Shown: in pieces, positions 1 to 8,680 of the stretch
Layout of the letters: every line of letters begins with the position of its first letter
Numbering within the stretch: position 1 is the first letter of the stretch
Assembly: GCA_963762565.1 (NCBI GenBank)
Contig: CAVXLD010000001.1
Location: 640,001 to 704,000 of the forward strand
Source: an uncultured Verrucomicrobiae bacterium
Lineage (GTDB): Bacteria > Verrucomicrobiota > Verrucomicrobiia > Chthoniobacterales > JAFAMB01
Reading direction: 5' to 3'
Length of the DNA stretch: 64,000 nucleotides
Program-made: the position numbers and the translations under genes
Notes under the pieces: generated by a model
What the model was told of the DNA's origin: nothing
The model's database searches: none
What the model saw: only the letters and a program-made list of their open reading frames with translations

Positions 1-1
1 G

Positions 2-1345
2 GAAGCTGCGGACCAGCAATCCCGCTCCAATCAATAGGACACAGGCCAGCGCCACTTGTGCGGTCACCAGAGCGGATTGGGTGCGATGGCGCTGCGGACC
101 GCTAGTCCCCGCGCGGCCACCTTCATCTTTTAGCCCGGGAGCAAGGCTAGCCCGAGAAAGATTCAAAGCTGGGAGGAGCCCTGAAAGCACTGATGTGAGC
201 AGGATTACCACAAATACAAACAGCAACGCGTTCAGATCGACGGTGAGCTCCTGAAAACGATATAGACCCGGCGGACTCAGCTTTTTTATAGTCTCAGCAG
301 AACCAAGAGCAATCGCCAGGCCGAGTATGCTGCCGAAGAACGTTAGAACCATTGTTTCCAGAAGAAGCTGAGCAATCAGCTGCCGCCGACTGGCGCCGAG
401 GGCAGTTCGCACCATCATCTCCCGGCGACGGTGCAAACCGCGCGCAAAAAGAAGATTGGCGACGTTCGCGCTGGAAATTAACAAGAGACAACCAACGGCA
501 ACTCCTAAAAGCCACGTGGTGGCTGCATAATCGTTTACCATGCTATCGAGCAGCGGGATTATGCGAAGTCCATAGCCTCGATTAGTACCCGGGTACCGGG
601 CTGACAGGTTGGTATGGATGGTCTCGAGGTCCGCTTGCGCCTGCGCGACACTCACTCCAGGCTTCAATCGGCCAAGGCAAAGAAAAAAATGGATGTCCCG
701 AAGCGCCATGGCATCACCGCGATTGGTAGGGAACAATCCGAAAGGGGCAAGAGTATTGGCCGGCACGTAAACATCGGTTGCAGGCGGGCCCCAGTCGTTT
801 ACTTGAGCAGGAACCACCCCGATCACCTGAAAACTGTGTTCACTGAGGGTGATATTCTTACCAATGATCTCCGGATCAGAATGAAACCGGGTCTTCCAAC
901 AACGATCGCTTAGGACCGCGAGCAGAGGCCCGTTGGGAATATCCTCCTGATCAGTGAACACACGACCGAGAACAGCCGGGAGGCCGGTCACCTTAAAAAT
1001 GGTGGGAGAAACAAAACCAATCTGGAGGTGTGCTGGCTCCTTATCGCTGCTCAGATCAAGACTGTACCGGCCCACCACAGCCAATGCTGCGAACGTATGC
1101 TGAGCAGCGCTCATATCGACGTAGTCAGGATAATCAACGGCCATGAACGGGTTGTTCTGGTAAGGCTCACAAACCCGGACCAGCCGATCAGGCTCCGGAT
1201 ACGGCAGCGGCTTAAGGATAACCGCATCGATCAAGCTGAAGATGGCGGTGTTAGTCCCGATGCCGAAGCCCAGGATGAGGACGGCTATGATGGTGAAACC
1301 TGGCGATTTTAGCAGGACGCGGATGTTTTGGCGGAGATGGCGCAC
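2..1345 (-). CDS. ABC transporter permease, ADOP/MacB-FtsX duplicated permease family (runs off window edge)
   Basis: Manual translation from GTG 1345 (not in ORF track): [56 protein letters not shown]...[38 protein letters not shown]...[20 protein letters not shown]. Confidence 0.92.
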   Translation of the reverse strand, partial: MRHLRQNIRVLLKSPGFTIIAVLILGFGIGTNTAIFSLIDAVILKPLPYPEPDRLVRVCEPYQNNPFMAVDYPDYVDMSAAQHTFAALAVVGRYSLDLSSDKEPAHLQIGFVSPTIFKVTGLPAVLGRVFTDQEDIPNGPLLAVLSDRCWKTRFHSDPEIIGKNITLSEHSFQVIGVVPAQVNDWGPPATDVYVPANTLAPFGLFPTNRGDAMALRDIHFFLCLGRLKPGVSVAQAQADLETIHTNLSARYPGTNRGYGLRIIPLLDSMVNDYAATTWLLGVAVGCLLLISSANVANLLFARGLHRRREMMVRTALGASRRQLIAQLLLETMVLTFFGSILGLAIALGSAETIKKLSPPGLYRFQELTVDLNALLFVFVVILLTSVLSGLLPALNLSRASLAPGLKDEGGRAGTSGPQRHRTQSALVTAQVALACVLLIGAGLLVRSF

Positions 1346-1352
1346 GGGGGAG

Positions 1353-1500
1353 TAAGAGGTGAAAAGTGAAAGGTTAGAGGTGAAAGGTTAGTAATCAGTA
1401 GGTCAGTGATCAGTGCGGGAGCTAGGAGTCTGTCTTTGTTTGTGATCTTTGTGTTCTTTTGCGGCTATCTGTCATTTGGGATTTGTCATCTGTCATGCGC
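1353..1500. repeat. Degenerate heptamer arrays (AGGTGAA / TGTCATT types) plus one nonamer-type end TTTGTGATCTTTGTGTTCTTTTGCGGCTA (1439-1467)
   Basis: Periodicity read directly. Confidence 0.65.
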
Positions 1501-1510
1501 TTCGCCTTGG

Positions 1511-1630
1511 CTATCGGCTATTGATCATGCGCGTAGCGGCCCCTGGGTCCGGTTGGCCGGTGATGGTAAATCCCGGCGATTTGAGCAATAGCCGGAGCGT
1601 GTAACGCAAGGACGGCAGTAGGCGATCCAT
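1511..1630 (-). pseudogene. Truncated N-terminal fragment of a second ADOP permease
   Basis: [24 protein letters not shown] then unrelated sequence and stop after 39 aa; shares LLKSPGFTI with the downstream intact permease. Confidence 0.7.
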
Positions 1631-1660
1631 GGTTTTGCGAGGGTTGTCCTGTTATTAGGG

Positions 1661-1677
1661 CGCAGCTTACATGCCAA
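1661..1677 (-). promoter_or_regulatory. Putative sigma-54 -24/-12 promoter
   Basis: TTGGCATGTAAGCTGCG on minus strand, GG-N10-GC spacing, about 30 nt upstream of ATG 1630. Confidence 0.6.
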
Positions 1678-1806
1678 CTCGATACCGGCAGACATCGGCG
1701 CCGGTAGAGATGCTAAAAAATTATATCTCTACCGATAAACTCTTGTGCTAGAGAACTAGTCGCGTGCAGAGCAGTACTCGGGACCAAAAGCCACCGGGGA
1801 CTCGAA

Positions 1807-1843
1807 TGTCCCAAAATGAGAGCAATTTGTCTCATTTTGAGAC
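1807..1843. promoter_or_regulatory. Putative paired enhancer-binding-protein sites (upstream activator sequence)
   Basis: TGTCCCAAAATGAGA and TGTCTCATTTTGAGAC, about 130-165 bp upstream of the sigma-54 motif. Confidence 0.45.
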
Positions 1844-1849
1844 GCTAAC

Positions 1850-2281
1850 TTACGAAAGCGCTTCGAACACCAGTTGCAATGCGCCCTTAACAGCATTCGT
1901 CCACGCTGCAACCGTGGCTGGATCGTTCTCCTCAGGATCATCCCAATTTATGGTAAACGCGGTAAAGACCCAGCGGTTGGAAAAGAACATCCCACCTGCG
2001 TAACCTAATGCGTGGTCTCCTGGGTAATCAATACTGCCACCTTTGCCGAACCCGGTTGCACCCAACGGCACCAGCAGGCGGACTGCACCCCCAAGGCTTA
2101 GAATGAACTGAAAGGCGTCCAACGTTGCCGCAGCCAAGAAGAAGTCGCCGACTAACGCGCGGGAATAGTACGAAACTAAATCGTTCGCCGAGGACGCCAA
2201 AGTAATCGTATTGTTGAGGGGCGGGTTAACAAGTGGAGCGTTGGTTAGACTACTGGAGCGGAGGCCTGTCCCTAACCAGCA
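1850..2281 (-). pseudogene. Probable C-terminal remnant of a class A beta-lactamase-like serine hydrolase
   Basis: PPLNNTITLASSANDLVSYYSRAL...FGKGGSID...RWVFTAFTINW; KGG at the KTG-like position; in-frame stop upstream at about 2282-2284 and no SxxK region. Confidence 0.45.
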
Positions 2282-2373
2282 TCATCCGAACAGCTTGATG
2301 GGGATCCGCTAAACCCGATTTTGGTAAATTGTTGGGCATATTTCTCCGCCCAGTCGCCGTTCTCGGATTCGTT

Positions 2374-3888
2374 TTAACCGAGGTGAATCCAGACAGACTT
2401 TGTATGCGTGACGGTCAGCAAAGTTTCAAGACATTTATCTCGTCCGGTGCCGGACTGTTTGAACCCGCCCCAAGGCTGAGTCATATCGCCGTGGTCAAAG
2501 CAGTTAACCCAAATCACGCCGGCATCGATGTCCCTGGCCATTTTGTGAGCTGCGGTCACATCAGAGGTCCAGATCCCGGCAGCAAGGCCGTATATCGAAT
2601 CGTTGGCGATATTTACGGCCTCATCGAGGGTCGAGAAACCGAGTACGGCGCCAACTGGTCCAAAGATCTCTTCCTTGGCGATCTGCATCTGATTGTTCAC
2701 TTCGCTAAACAAGGTCGGCGCCACATAGGAGCCGCGGTTGTAGCCTGCAGGGATATTTCCCCCAAGCACGAGTTCAGCACCCTCTGTTTTGCCGATATCA
2801 ATAAACGAAAGAACCTTTTGTTGTTGGCTCCGGCTTACCAGAGGGCCCATGGTGGTAGCGGGATCAAGCGGATCACCTAATCGTACCGTTGCTCCTACTT
2901 TTTCCTTAAATCGTTCGATGAATTCGTGGCGAATAGTCCCGTCGACTAAAATCCGGGATCCGGCGCTGCACATCTCGCCTTTGTTCCCGTAGATTCCGTT
3001 GACCGCGTAGGCGACGGCGACGTCTAGATCTGGAACCTGGGCGGTGATGATCTGCGGTGATTTACCGCCGGTTTCCACCGTAACGCGTTTCAGGTTCGAT
3101 TCACCTGCGTAAACCATCATTAATTTGCCGACCGTGGTGGAGCCAGTGAAGCTGATTTTGTCGACATCCATGTGTAGAGCCAGCGCTTTCCCGACAATGC
3201 TACCGGCACCGTGCACTACGTTGAATACGCCCGGCGGGCCGCCGGCCTCCACGAACAGTTGAGCCAAGAGGGTAGAGGATAACGGTGATAGTTCGGCCGG
3301 CTTCAGCACGACGGAGTTACCTGCCGCTAACGCCGGGGCCACCTTCCAGGCGTTCATCAGTAACGGATAGTTCCAAGGTGTGATACACGCCACTACCCCC
3401 AGCGGCTGGCGCAGAATGTAATGGAAGGCATCGGACGCCGTGTTGGTAACGACTCCCTCGATTTTGTCGATGGTTTCTCCGAAGTATTGAAAGGTCAGCG
3501 CTGCGGCTGGGACATCGCCCGTGAGCATTTCTACCACCGGTTTGCCAACATCCAGCGAATCGAGCAGAGCAAACTCGAGCGCATGCTCATCGATCAAGTT
3601 CGCCAAACGATAAAGAACCTCCATGCGGGCGCGTGGTTCCATGCGCGCCCAAACACCGGACTTAAACGCTTTGCGAGCCGAGGCTACCGCAAGATCGACA
3701 TCTTCGCCGGTCCCTGCCGGCACCGTCGCTAAGACTTGATCATTTGCCGGATTGACGGTCTCGAATCGAGCTCCAGAATTTGTGTCCACCAACTCTCCGT
3801 TGATGAACATGCGCGTTTCCGGTTTTAGGGCCGCAGCGTACCGCCGAAATTCATCGTAACTCAGCGCTCTGGCTTCTTTAGCGTTCAT
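2374..3888 (-). CDS. Aldehyde dehydrogenase (PuuC / betaine-aldehyde DH-like)
   Basis: PWNYP, FTGST, ETGGKS (catalytic Glu), GEMCSAG (catalytic Cys), EEIFGP; AGGA 8 nt before ATG 3888. Confidence 0.95.
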   Translation of the reverse strand: MNAKEARALSYDEFRRYAAALKPETRMFINGELVDTNSGARFETVNPANDQVLATVPAGTGEDVDLAVASARKAFKSGVWARMEPRARMEVLYRLANLIDEHALEFALLDSLDVGKPVVEMLTGDVPAAALTFQYFGETIDKIEGVVTNTASDAFHYILRQPLGVVACITPWNYPLLMNAWKVAPALAAGNSVVLKPAELSPLSSTLLAQLFVEAGGPPGVFNVVHGAGSIVGKALALHMDVDKISFTGSTTVGKLMMVYAGESNLKRVTVETGGKSPQIITAQVPDLDVAVAYAVNGIYGNKGEMCSAGSRILVDGTIRHEFIERFKEKVGATVRLGDPLDPATTMGPLVSRSQQQKVLSFIDIGKTEGAELVLGGNIPAGYNRGSYVAPTLFSEVNNQMQIAKEEIFGPVGAVLGFSTLDEAVNIANDSIYGLAAGIWTSDVTAAHKMARDIDAGVIWVNCFDHGDMTQPWGGFKQSGTGRDKCLETLLTVTHTKSVWIHLG

Positions 3889-3904
3889 CGCCAAAATCCT
3901 ATTT

Positions 3905-4434
3905 AGATCCGCAGATTACTCAGATTACGCAGATTTCTTTGGGGTTGAGCTAAGGTGTTGCGTCATGGGACCAGACAAAGCGCTGGTGCTGCAAACTTGT
4001 AGCTCCGAAGTTGAAGACCAGGCCCCTTTGGTGCCGGCCAGCTTTCAAGTAATTTAGAACTTGAGCTGTCTCTACGTCGCCGAGTTTGCCCAAGGCTTTG
4101 AGCTCGACGATGATTGAGTCGTAACAAAGCACGTCAGCTCGATAGGATGAGCGGAGTTCTCGGCCTTTGTAAAAAACCGGCATCGCGGCTTGGGGATAGA
4201 AAGGAATTCTTCGATCGGTGAGCTCGAGTTCGAGCGCCTCCTGGTACACCGGTTCCAGAAAGCCGCATCCGAGTTCCTTATGAACCTCCAGCGCCGCTCC
4301 AATGATTTGATAGGTTTGATCATCCATGCGAAATAATAACATATTAACATAATGTTCTCTACGTCGAATCTCAACCCCGGCGGTACCATTACTCCCAAAA
4401 CAAAATCTGCGTAATCTGTGTAATCTGCGGATCT
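3905..4434. mobile_element. Putative GxxExxY element bounded by 32-bp inverted repeats made of GCAGATTAC nonamers
   Basis: 3905-3936 AGATCCGCAGATTACTCAGATTACGCAGATTT vs reverse complement of 4403-4434 AGATCCGCAGATTACACAGATTACGCAGATTT (31/32). Confidence 0.65.
3950..4327 (-). CDS. GxxExxY protein (PD-(D/E)XK nuclease-like)
   Basis: IIGAALEVHKELGCGFLEPVY, RADVL, IIVELK, AQVLNYL, GLVFNFG. Confidence 0.93.
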   Translation of the reverse strand: MDDQTYQIIGAALEVHKELGCGFLEPVYQEALELELTDRRIPFYPQAAMPVFYKGRELRSSYRADVLCYDSIIVELKALGKLGDVETAQVLNYLKAGRHQRGLVFNFGATSLQHQRFVWSHDATP

Positions 4435-4453
4435 TTTCGTTTTTGCCGGTTTC

Positions 4454-6754
4454 TCAAAGATCGAGCACAACCTCCCGTTCCCCGCCGGAAGCGGTCTGGG
4501 CCAGATCAGAGCGAGGAATCGAGCAACAGAGCAAAACTTCGCCTGGGCCGCGCACCGCCACCGGTTCTTCCAAGTAATCGACTGCGCCGTTGCTAATGCG
4601 CGTGGTACAGGTCCCGCAGATACCGGAGCGGCACCCGAACTTCGGAGCTAAACCGATCGATTCGGCAAGCTCGAGCAAAGTGCCTTTGTCGCGTGACCAT
4701 TCGGCGGTGGTTCCCGATTTGGCAAACCGAACCCGGACCGGAGGAACGTCAGCGTGACCAGGCTCGATCACTGTTTGCGGCCTTCTTTCCGGTTTCAGAA
4801 CCGTTGCCGGACCGAAGGACTCGTAATGGATTCGTTCCTCCCGGACGCCGATTCCGGTGAGGCCATCATAAAGCGATTTCATGAAGGGCGGCGGACCACA
4901 GAGATAAAAGTCGTAGTCGCCAAACGGGAGCATCTGTTTGAGTGTTTCGATGCTGATCCATCCAACGGAATCGCACTGATTATCCGGTCCTGCGTCAGGC
5001 TCCGGATGACTGTAGGCGATATGCACTTTCAGTCCCGGATGCTGGCCGGTGAGATCCCGGATATGCTTGGAGAACGCGTGCACCCTGTGGTTATGAGTAC
5101 CATGGATGAAGTAAGCAGGTCGAAACTTCCCCGTGCGGCGCCCCTCGTCGACCAGGTATTCAGCCATCGCGATCATTGGGGTAATGCCGACGCCGCCAGA
5201 AATCAGTACCGGTATTCGACCGTTAGAATTGAGAATAAATTTACCCCGGGGTGCAGCCGCCTCCAGTCGAAAGCCGGGCTTTGCATTGGCATGCAAAAAC
5301 GGTGAGACCAGTGCGTTTCCTCCTTCGCGGCGGATACTCAAGCGATAGTGATCGGCATTTGGAGCAGCCGAAAGTGTGTAAGTGCGTAACGCAGGCTCTT
5401 TTTGCCCGGGGATCGTTATCCGAATCGGTAAAAACTGGCCCGGTTCCCAAGGTTGAAGCGCCTGGCTGTCCGGACGCCGAAAATAGAAGGAAGTGATAAT
5501 ATCGCTTTCGGGCTCCACCTTAAACAATTCTAACTCGACATAAGCGCTCCGCTCAGTCTCTGAAGCCGCTGAAGAGGTCGGAGCGACCGAGATCGTTTCC
5601 GAAACTCCCCGCACGTCTTCCGCCATCGATTTGAGCGCTGTCGCGTCGCCGGCGACCGCGCTAGCAACCAGCTTTTGAAAATGACCAACCAGATGCTCAG
5701 CCCGGGTCAGAAACCTGCCCCGTTCCGGTATGGCCGCTCGCAATCCGCGCTGGACCGAGTCGGTAAGGACATCATCTTCGAGGCCGACCTGAACGTTGAA
5801 TCCAATCAGTTCTTGCGCGAATTCCTGCGAGACACCAGGGCCGAAATACTGTTCAGAGAAGCCCTTCGTGCCATTGGGGCCATTTGGTATCCAGACATCG
5901 ATCGAAAGATTCGGGAACCCAGGATTGATATTGACCGTCATGTTTGGCCAGAGCAGGTGATATTGGGCTTGGGCGACTTCACCTCTGGCGTCGTAAATCT
6001 TGACCTGGCTTTTACCTTCCAACGCGGACTGCCGTACCTGACCGACCTGACTCATGAACCAGCCGTGCACACCGAGATTGTAGTTCTCCGGTAAAACATC
6101 GATCGCGGCGCTGAAGCCCGGATGGGCTACGGCGCAGTGATAACATTCGAGATAATTCTCGAGCATGGTCTTCCAATTAGAGTAGGACTCCCATTCTCCG
6201 CGCTCGTACAAAACCAGAGAATCAAGATCGATCCCGCTCCCAGCAACAATCTCAAGCAATTTGCCGAATTGGGTCTTTACGGGTGAGGCACTCGGATCTG
6301 CGTTGACAAAAACCCACGGGCCCAGCGTATCGACTTTGAGCGGCAGAAGCGGATAATCCTCAAGTCGAAAGTTAGGTTCTGTCGCCGTTCGCGGCGCACC
6401 CTTCAGGCGGCCCGTTAGATCGTAGGTCCAGGCGTGATAACCGCATTGCATCATTTGGGCATTTCCACAGCCCTTCATCACTTCGTGCCGGCGATGCCGG
6501 CAAACATTGTTCAACGCGGTCAGACCGCCTTCGTTACGGATTACCACGGCGGGGATACCGCCCACATAACCGGTGATATAATCGCCGATATTGGTTAGCT
6601 GTTTGAGCGGGCCGATGTAATTCCAGCTTTTCCTGAAGATCTGACTAATCTCTCGGTCAGTGATCGAGGGATCGGTATACCAATACGCGGGTAGGCTTTC
6701 ACCACGGTCGAGGCCGGCTACCAAGCCGGCTAGGTTTTCACTAGATTGGTTCAT
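4454..6754 (-). CDS. Rieske non-heme iron oxygenase fused to FAD/NAD reductase and [2Fe-2S] ferredoxin
   Basis: CRH...CGYH Rieske cluster; ENYLECYHCAVAH iron site; RTYTL, GGVGITP, CGP, ESFG reductase motifs; CRSGICGTC...LLCC ferredoxin. Confidence 0.93.
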   Translation of the reverse strand: MNQSSENLAGLVAGLDRGESLPAYWYTDPSITDREISQIFRKSWNYIGPLKQLTNIGDYITGYVGGIPAVVIRNEGGLTALNNVCRHRRHEVMKGCGNAQMMQCGYHAWTYDLTGRLKGAPRTATEPNFRLEDYPLLPLKVDTLGPWVFVNADPSASPVKTQFGKLLEIVAGSGIDLDSLVLYERGEWESYSNWKTMLENYLECYHCAVAHPGFSAAIDVLPENYNLGVHGWFMSQVGQVRQSALEGKSQVKIYDARGEVAQAQYHLLWPNMTVNINPGFPNLSIDVWIPNGPNGTKGFSEQYFGPGVSQEFAQELIGFNVQVGLEDDVLTDSVQRGLRAAIPERGRFLTRAEHLVGHFQKLVASAVAGDATALKSMAEDVRGVSETISVAPTSSAASETERSAYVELELFKVEPESDIITSFYFRRPDSQALQPWEPGQFLPIRITIPGQKEPALRTYTLSAAPNADHYRLSIRREGGNALVSPFLHANAKPGFRLEAAAPRGKFILNSNGRIPVLISGGVGITPMIAMAEYLVDEGRRTGKFRPAYFIHGTHNHRVHAFSKHIRDLTGQHPGLKVHIAYSHPEPDAGPDNQCDSVGWISIETLKQMLPFGDYDFYLCGPPPFMKSLYDGLTGIGVREERIHYESFGPATVLKPERRPQTVIEPGHADVPPVRVRFAKSGTTAEWSRDKGTLLELAESIGLAPKFGCRSGICGTCTTRISNGAVDYLEEPVAVRGPGEVLLCCSIPRSDLAQTASGGEREVVLDL

Positions 6755-7959
6755 ATTATTTTCGCTGGTTTTTCGCTATTCCCATTAGCTAAAGCTTCCG
6801 ATGCGGGTGCTGGCGTGCCTTTTATCAGGAGTGGAAGGGAGAGAACCAGGACCGCAGAAACGCACAACAAGGTTTGATAAAATTGGAGGTGCCCCGCTGC
6901 AGTTGCTACGGCATTACTGGCCATCATCCCTATGGAGTAGGCGATGTTGTAGACTGCATAGACCGCCGTGTAACAACGGAGCCCGCGCCGGTCAACCGCG
7001 TTGCCGAGTTCTGCGGAAGTCGGGTTAAGCATGAAGGCAAACGACATGCTGACCAGACACAAACCGAATCCAGTAAGGACGATTCCTGGTAGGAGTCCAA
7101 GGAGCGGCAGAGTAATCGCCATAGCGAGGGTACCGCCAGCAATCACGATTTTAGTCGGCGCCAGGGTAGCGACCCGACTCACCACCGGAGTAATCAGCCC
7201 AAAAGCGATCGTTGATATGGTGAAAATCATCCCAATCGTGGAAGGAGTTGCCTCGGATCGGCTGAGATGTTCGGGTAGAAGCGGCTCCACAATTCCCCAG
7301 CCGAACGCGGCCAGGGCGACGGCCAATCCCGGCACCAACACTGATTTATCCACCAACAGCGCAAATAGTTCCGCGTTAGACCCGCGATAAGTTACTTTTC
7401 CCGGTAACAGAAAGATGCGTTGCACCGCATCGATCCCGACTAAGACAATCAGAATAAGAAACGGCAACGCGTAGCCGCCGGCTTGATAGAGGAATCCGCC
7501 GGCCACAGGTCCTAGCACCGAACCGGCCGTGCTACCCGCGAGGGCTAAACCCATCATCTGAACCCGGTTTTTAACGTAACCTTCCGCGATCAGCGCCAGT
7601 CCGGCGGTCCAGGTAGCGGCGGACGCGGCGCCCTGGCAAACACGAGCCAGCAATACCAGGGGAAAATTGCCGCCGAACCAGAATAGAAGCGTGGCCGTTA
7701 GGGATAACAGGACCCCTAAGATTACGATGCGCTTGCCGCCGATCTGGTTACCCAGCAGTCCGAAAACTGGGGTGGCAACAAAGACACCGATAGCGTACCC
7801 GCCATAGAGCAAAGCAAGTCCCTCGTGACCACTAATTTGAGCAGGAGAGTAAGCCGTCAGCGGTACAACCAACCCATAGATGAAATAATCCAGGAACAGC
7901 GCATACGTAATAACGTAAAACACTTTCCAGGAACCTAGCCGCCTGAACGAACCCAACAT
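6751..7959 (-). CDS. MFS transporter (resembles vesicular amine transporter / DHA1 type)
   Basis: About 12 hydrophobic segments, LARVCQGAASA, YAVYNIAYSIG; overlaps the Rieske gene start by 4 nt. Confidence 0.88.
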   Translation of the reverse strand: MLGSFRRLGSWKVFYVITYALFLDYFIYGLVVPLTAYSPAQISGHEGLALLYGGYAIGVFVATPVFGLLGNQIGGKRIVILGVLLSLTATLLFWFGGNFPLVLLARVCQGAASAATWTAGLALIAEGYVKNRVQMMGLALAGSTAGSVLGPVAGGFLYQAGGYALPFLILIVLVGIDAVQRIFLLPGKVTYRGSNAELFALLVDKSVLVPGLAVALAAFGWGIVEPLLPEHLSRSEATPSTIGMIFTISTIAFGLITPVVSRVATLAPTKIVIAGGTLAMAITLPLLGLLPGIVLTGFGLCLVSMSFAFMLNPTSAELGNAVDRRGLRCYTAVYAVYNIAYSIGMMASNAVATAAGHLQFYQTLLCVSAVLVLSLPLLIKGTPAPASEALANGNSEKPAKII

Positions 7960-8098
7960 TGGACATTAAGACCAAACCAATTAGCTCCTGCCGAAGAGCC
8001 GCAGATACAAAAGCGTCCTGGAAAAGAAACGGGGTCGTCCTGAGCGAACAAATCGGGGGGGAGAGCTGTAAGCTTAGTACTTCAAGATGACGAGTTCA

Positions 8099-8148
8099 AG
8101 AAGTTCTAGGAATTCTAGGATTTCTAGGAGTCCGGGGAGTTCTAGGAG
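8099..8148 (+). repeat. Nonamer tandem array (GAGTTCTAG-like, about 5 units)
   Basis: gaagttctag gaattctag gatttctag gagtccggg gagttctag. Confidence 0.7.
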
Positions 8149-8246
8149 CACGACCGTGGAGCGTTGCCTCGGTTCCTCCTCGGCCTTAAAACCGTCGTTC
8201 TCGAAAGCGTGTTCTTAGGGAGCGCTTCGAATTGGTCTGCAGCCGT

Positions 8247-8448
8247 GGAGGGGAGCCGCTTTGTAAGATGGCAAGTCTATCGGTTTCTAGCAGGCGGCTC
8301 CCGGAAACGGTCCCTGATGCGTTTGTTCTATCAACTCTGCAAGCCCCGTTTTCGAAAGGCCGAGCGGCGATGGAACACGCTGGGTCCTTCCCGGGAGCCG
8401 CCTGCTAGAAACCGATAGACTTGCCATCTTACAAAGCGGCTCCCCTCC
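8247..8448. repeat. REP/REPIN-like element family 1 (GGAGGGGAGCCGC...GCGGCTCCCCTCC); other copies 10044-10325, 49984-50239, 53264-53543, half copy 23280-23370
   Basis: Perfect 58-bp inverted arms here; four GGGAGCCGC/GCGGCTCCC cores per full copy. Confidence 0.85.
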
Positions 8449-8680
8449 GGCGCGCGGCACACCAATGCCGTACGCTGGGACCGAAACCGGATTCGAGGAC
8501 AGCTTGTCCGCCGAAGCCCAGGCTCTATTTCGTCACCCGCCCAAAGTCGGCCTCGCAAGCGAGGCGCGCTCCACAAGAAGTAATCGGCAAAGACGGAAGG
8601 ACGAGAACGAAGCGCCTTCTAAGTTTTGCGCCCTTTTTGCGGCGATCCCCAATCTTCGTATAGTCCTCCCGACTTCAGAA

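Noticed and set aside
8465..8680. N-terminal ORF extensions (also lexA to 37678, 37709, 57822, 57864, 61504)
   Set aside because: They run through repeats or neighbouring genes; family homology starts at later ATGs
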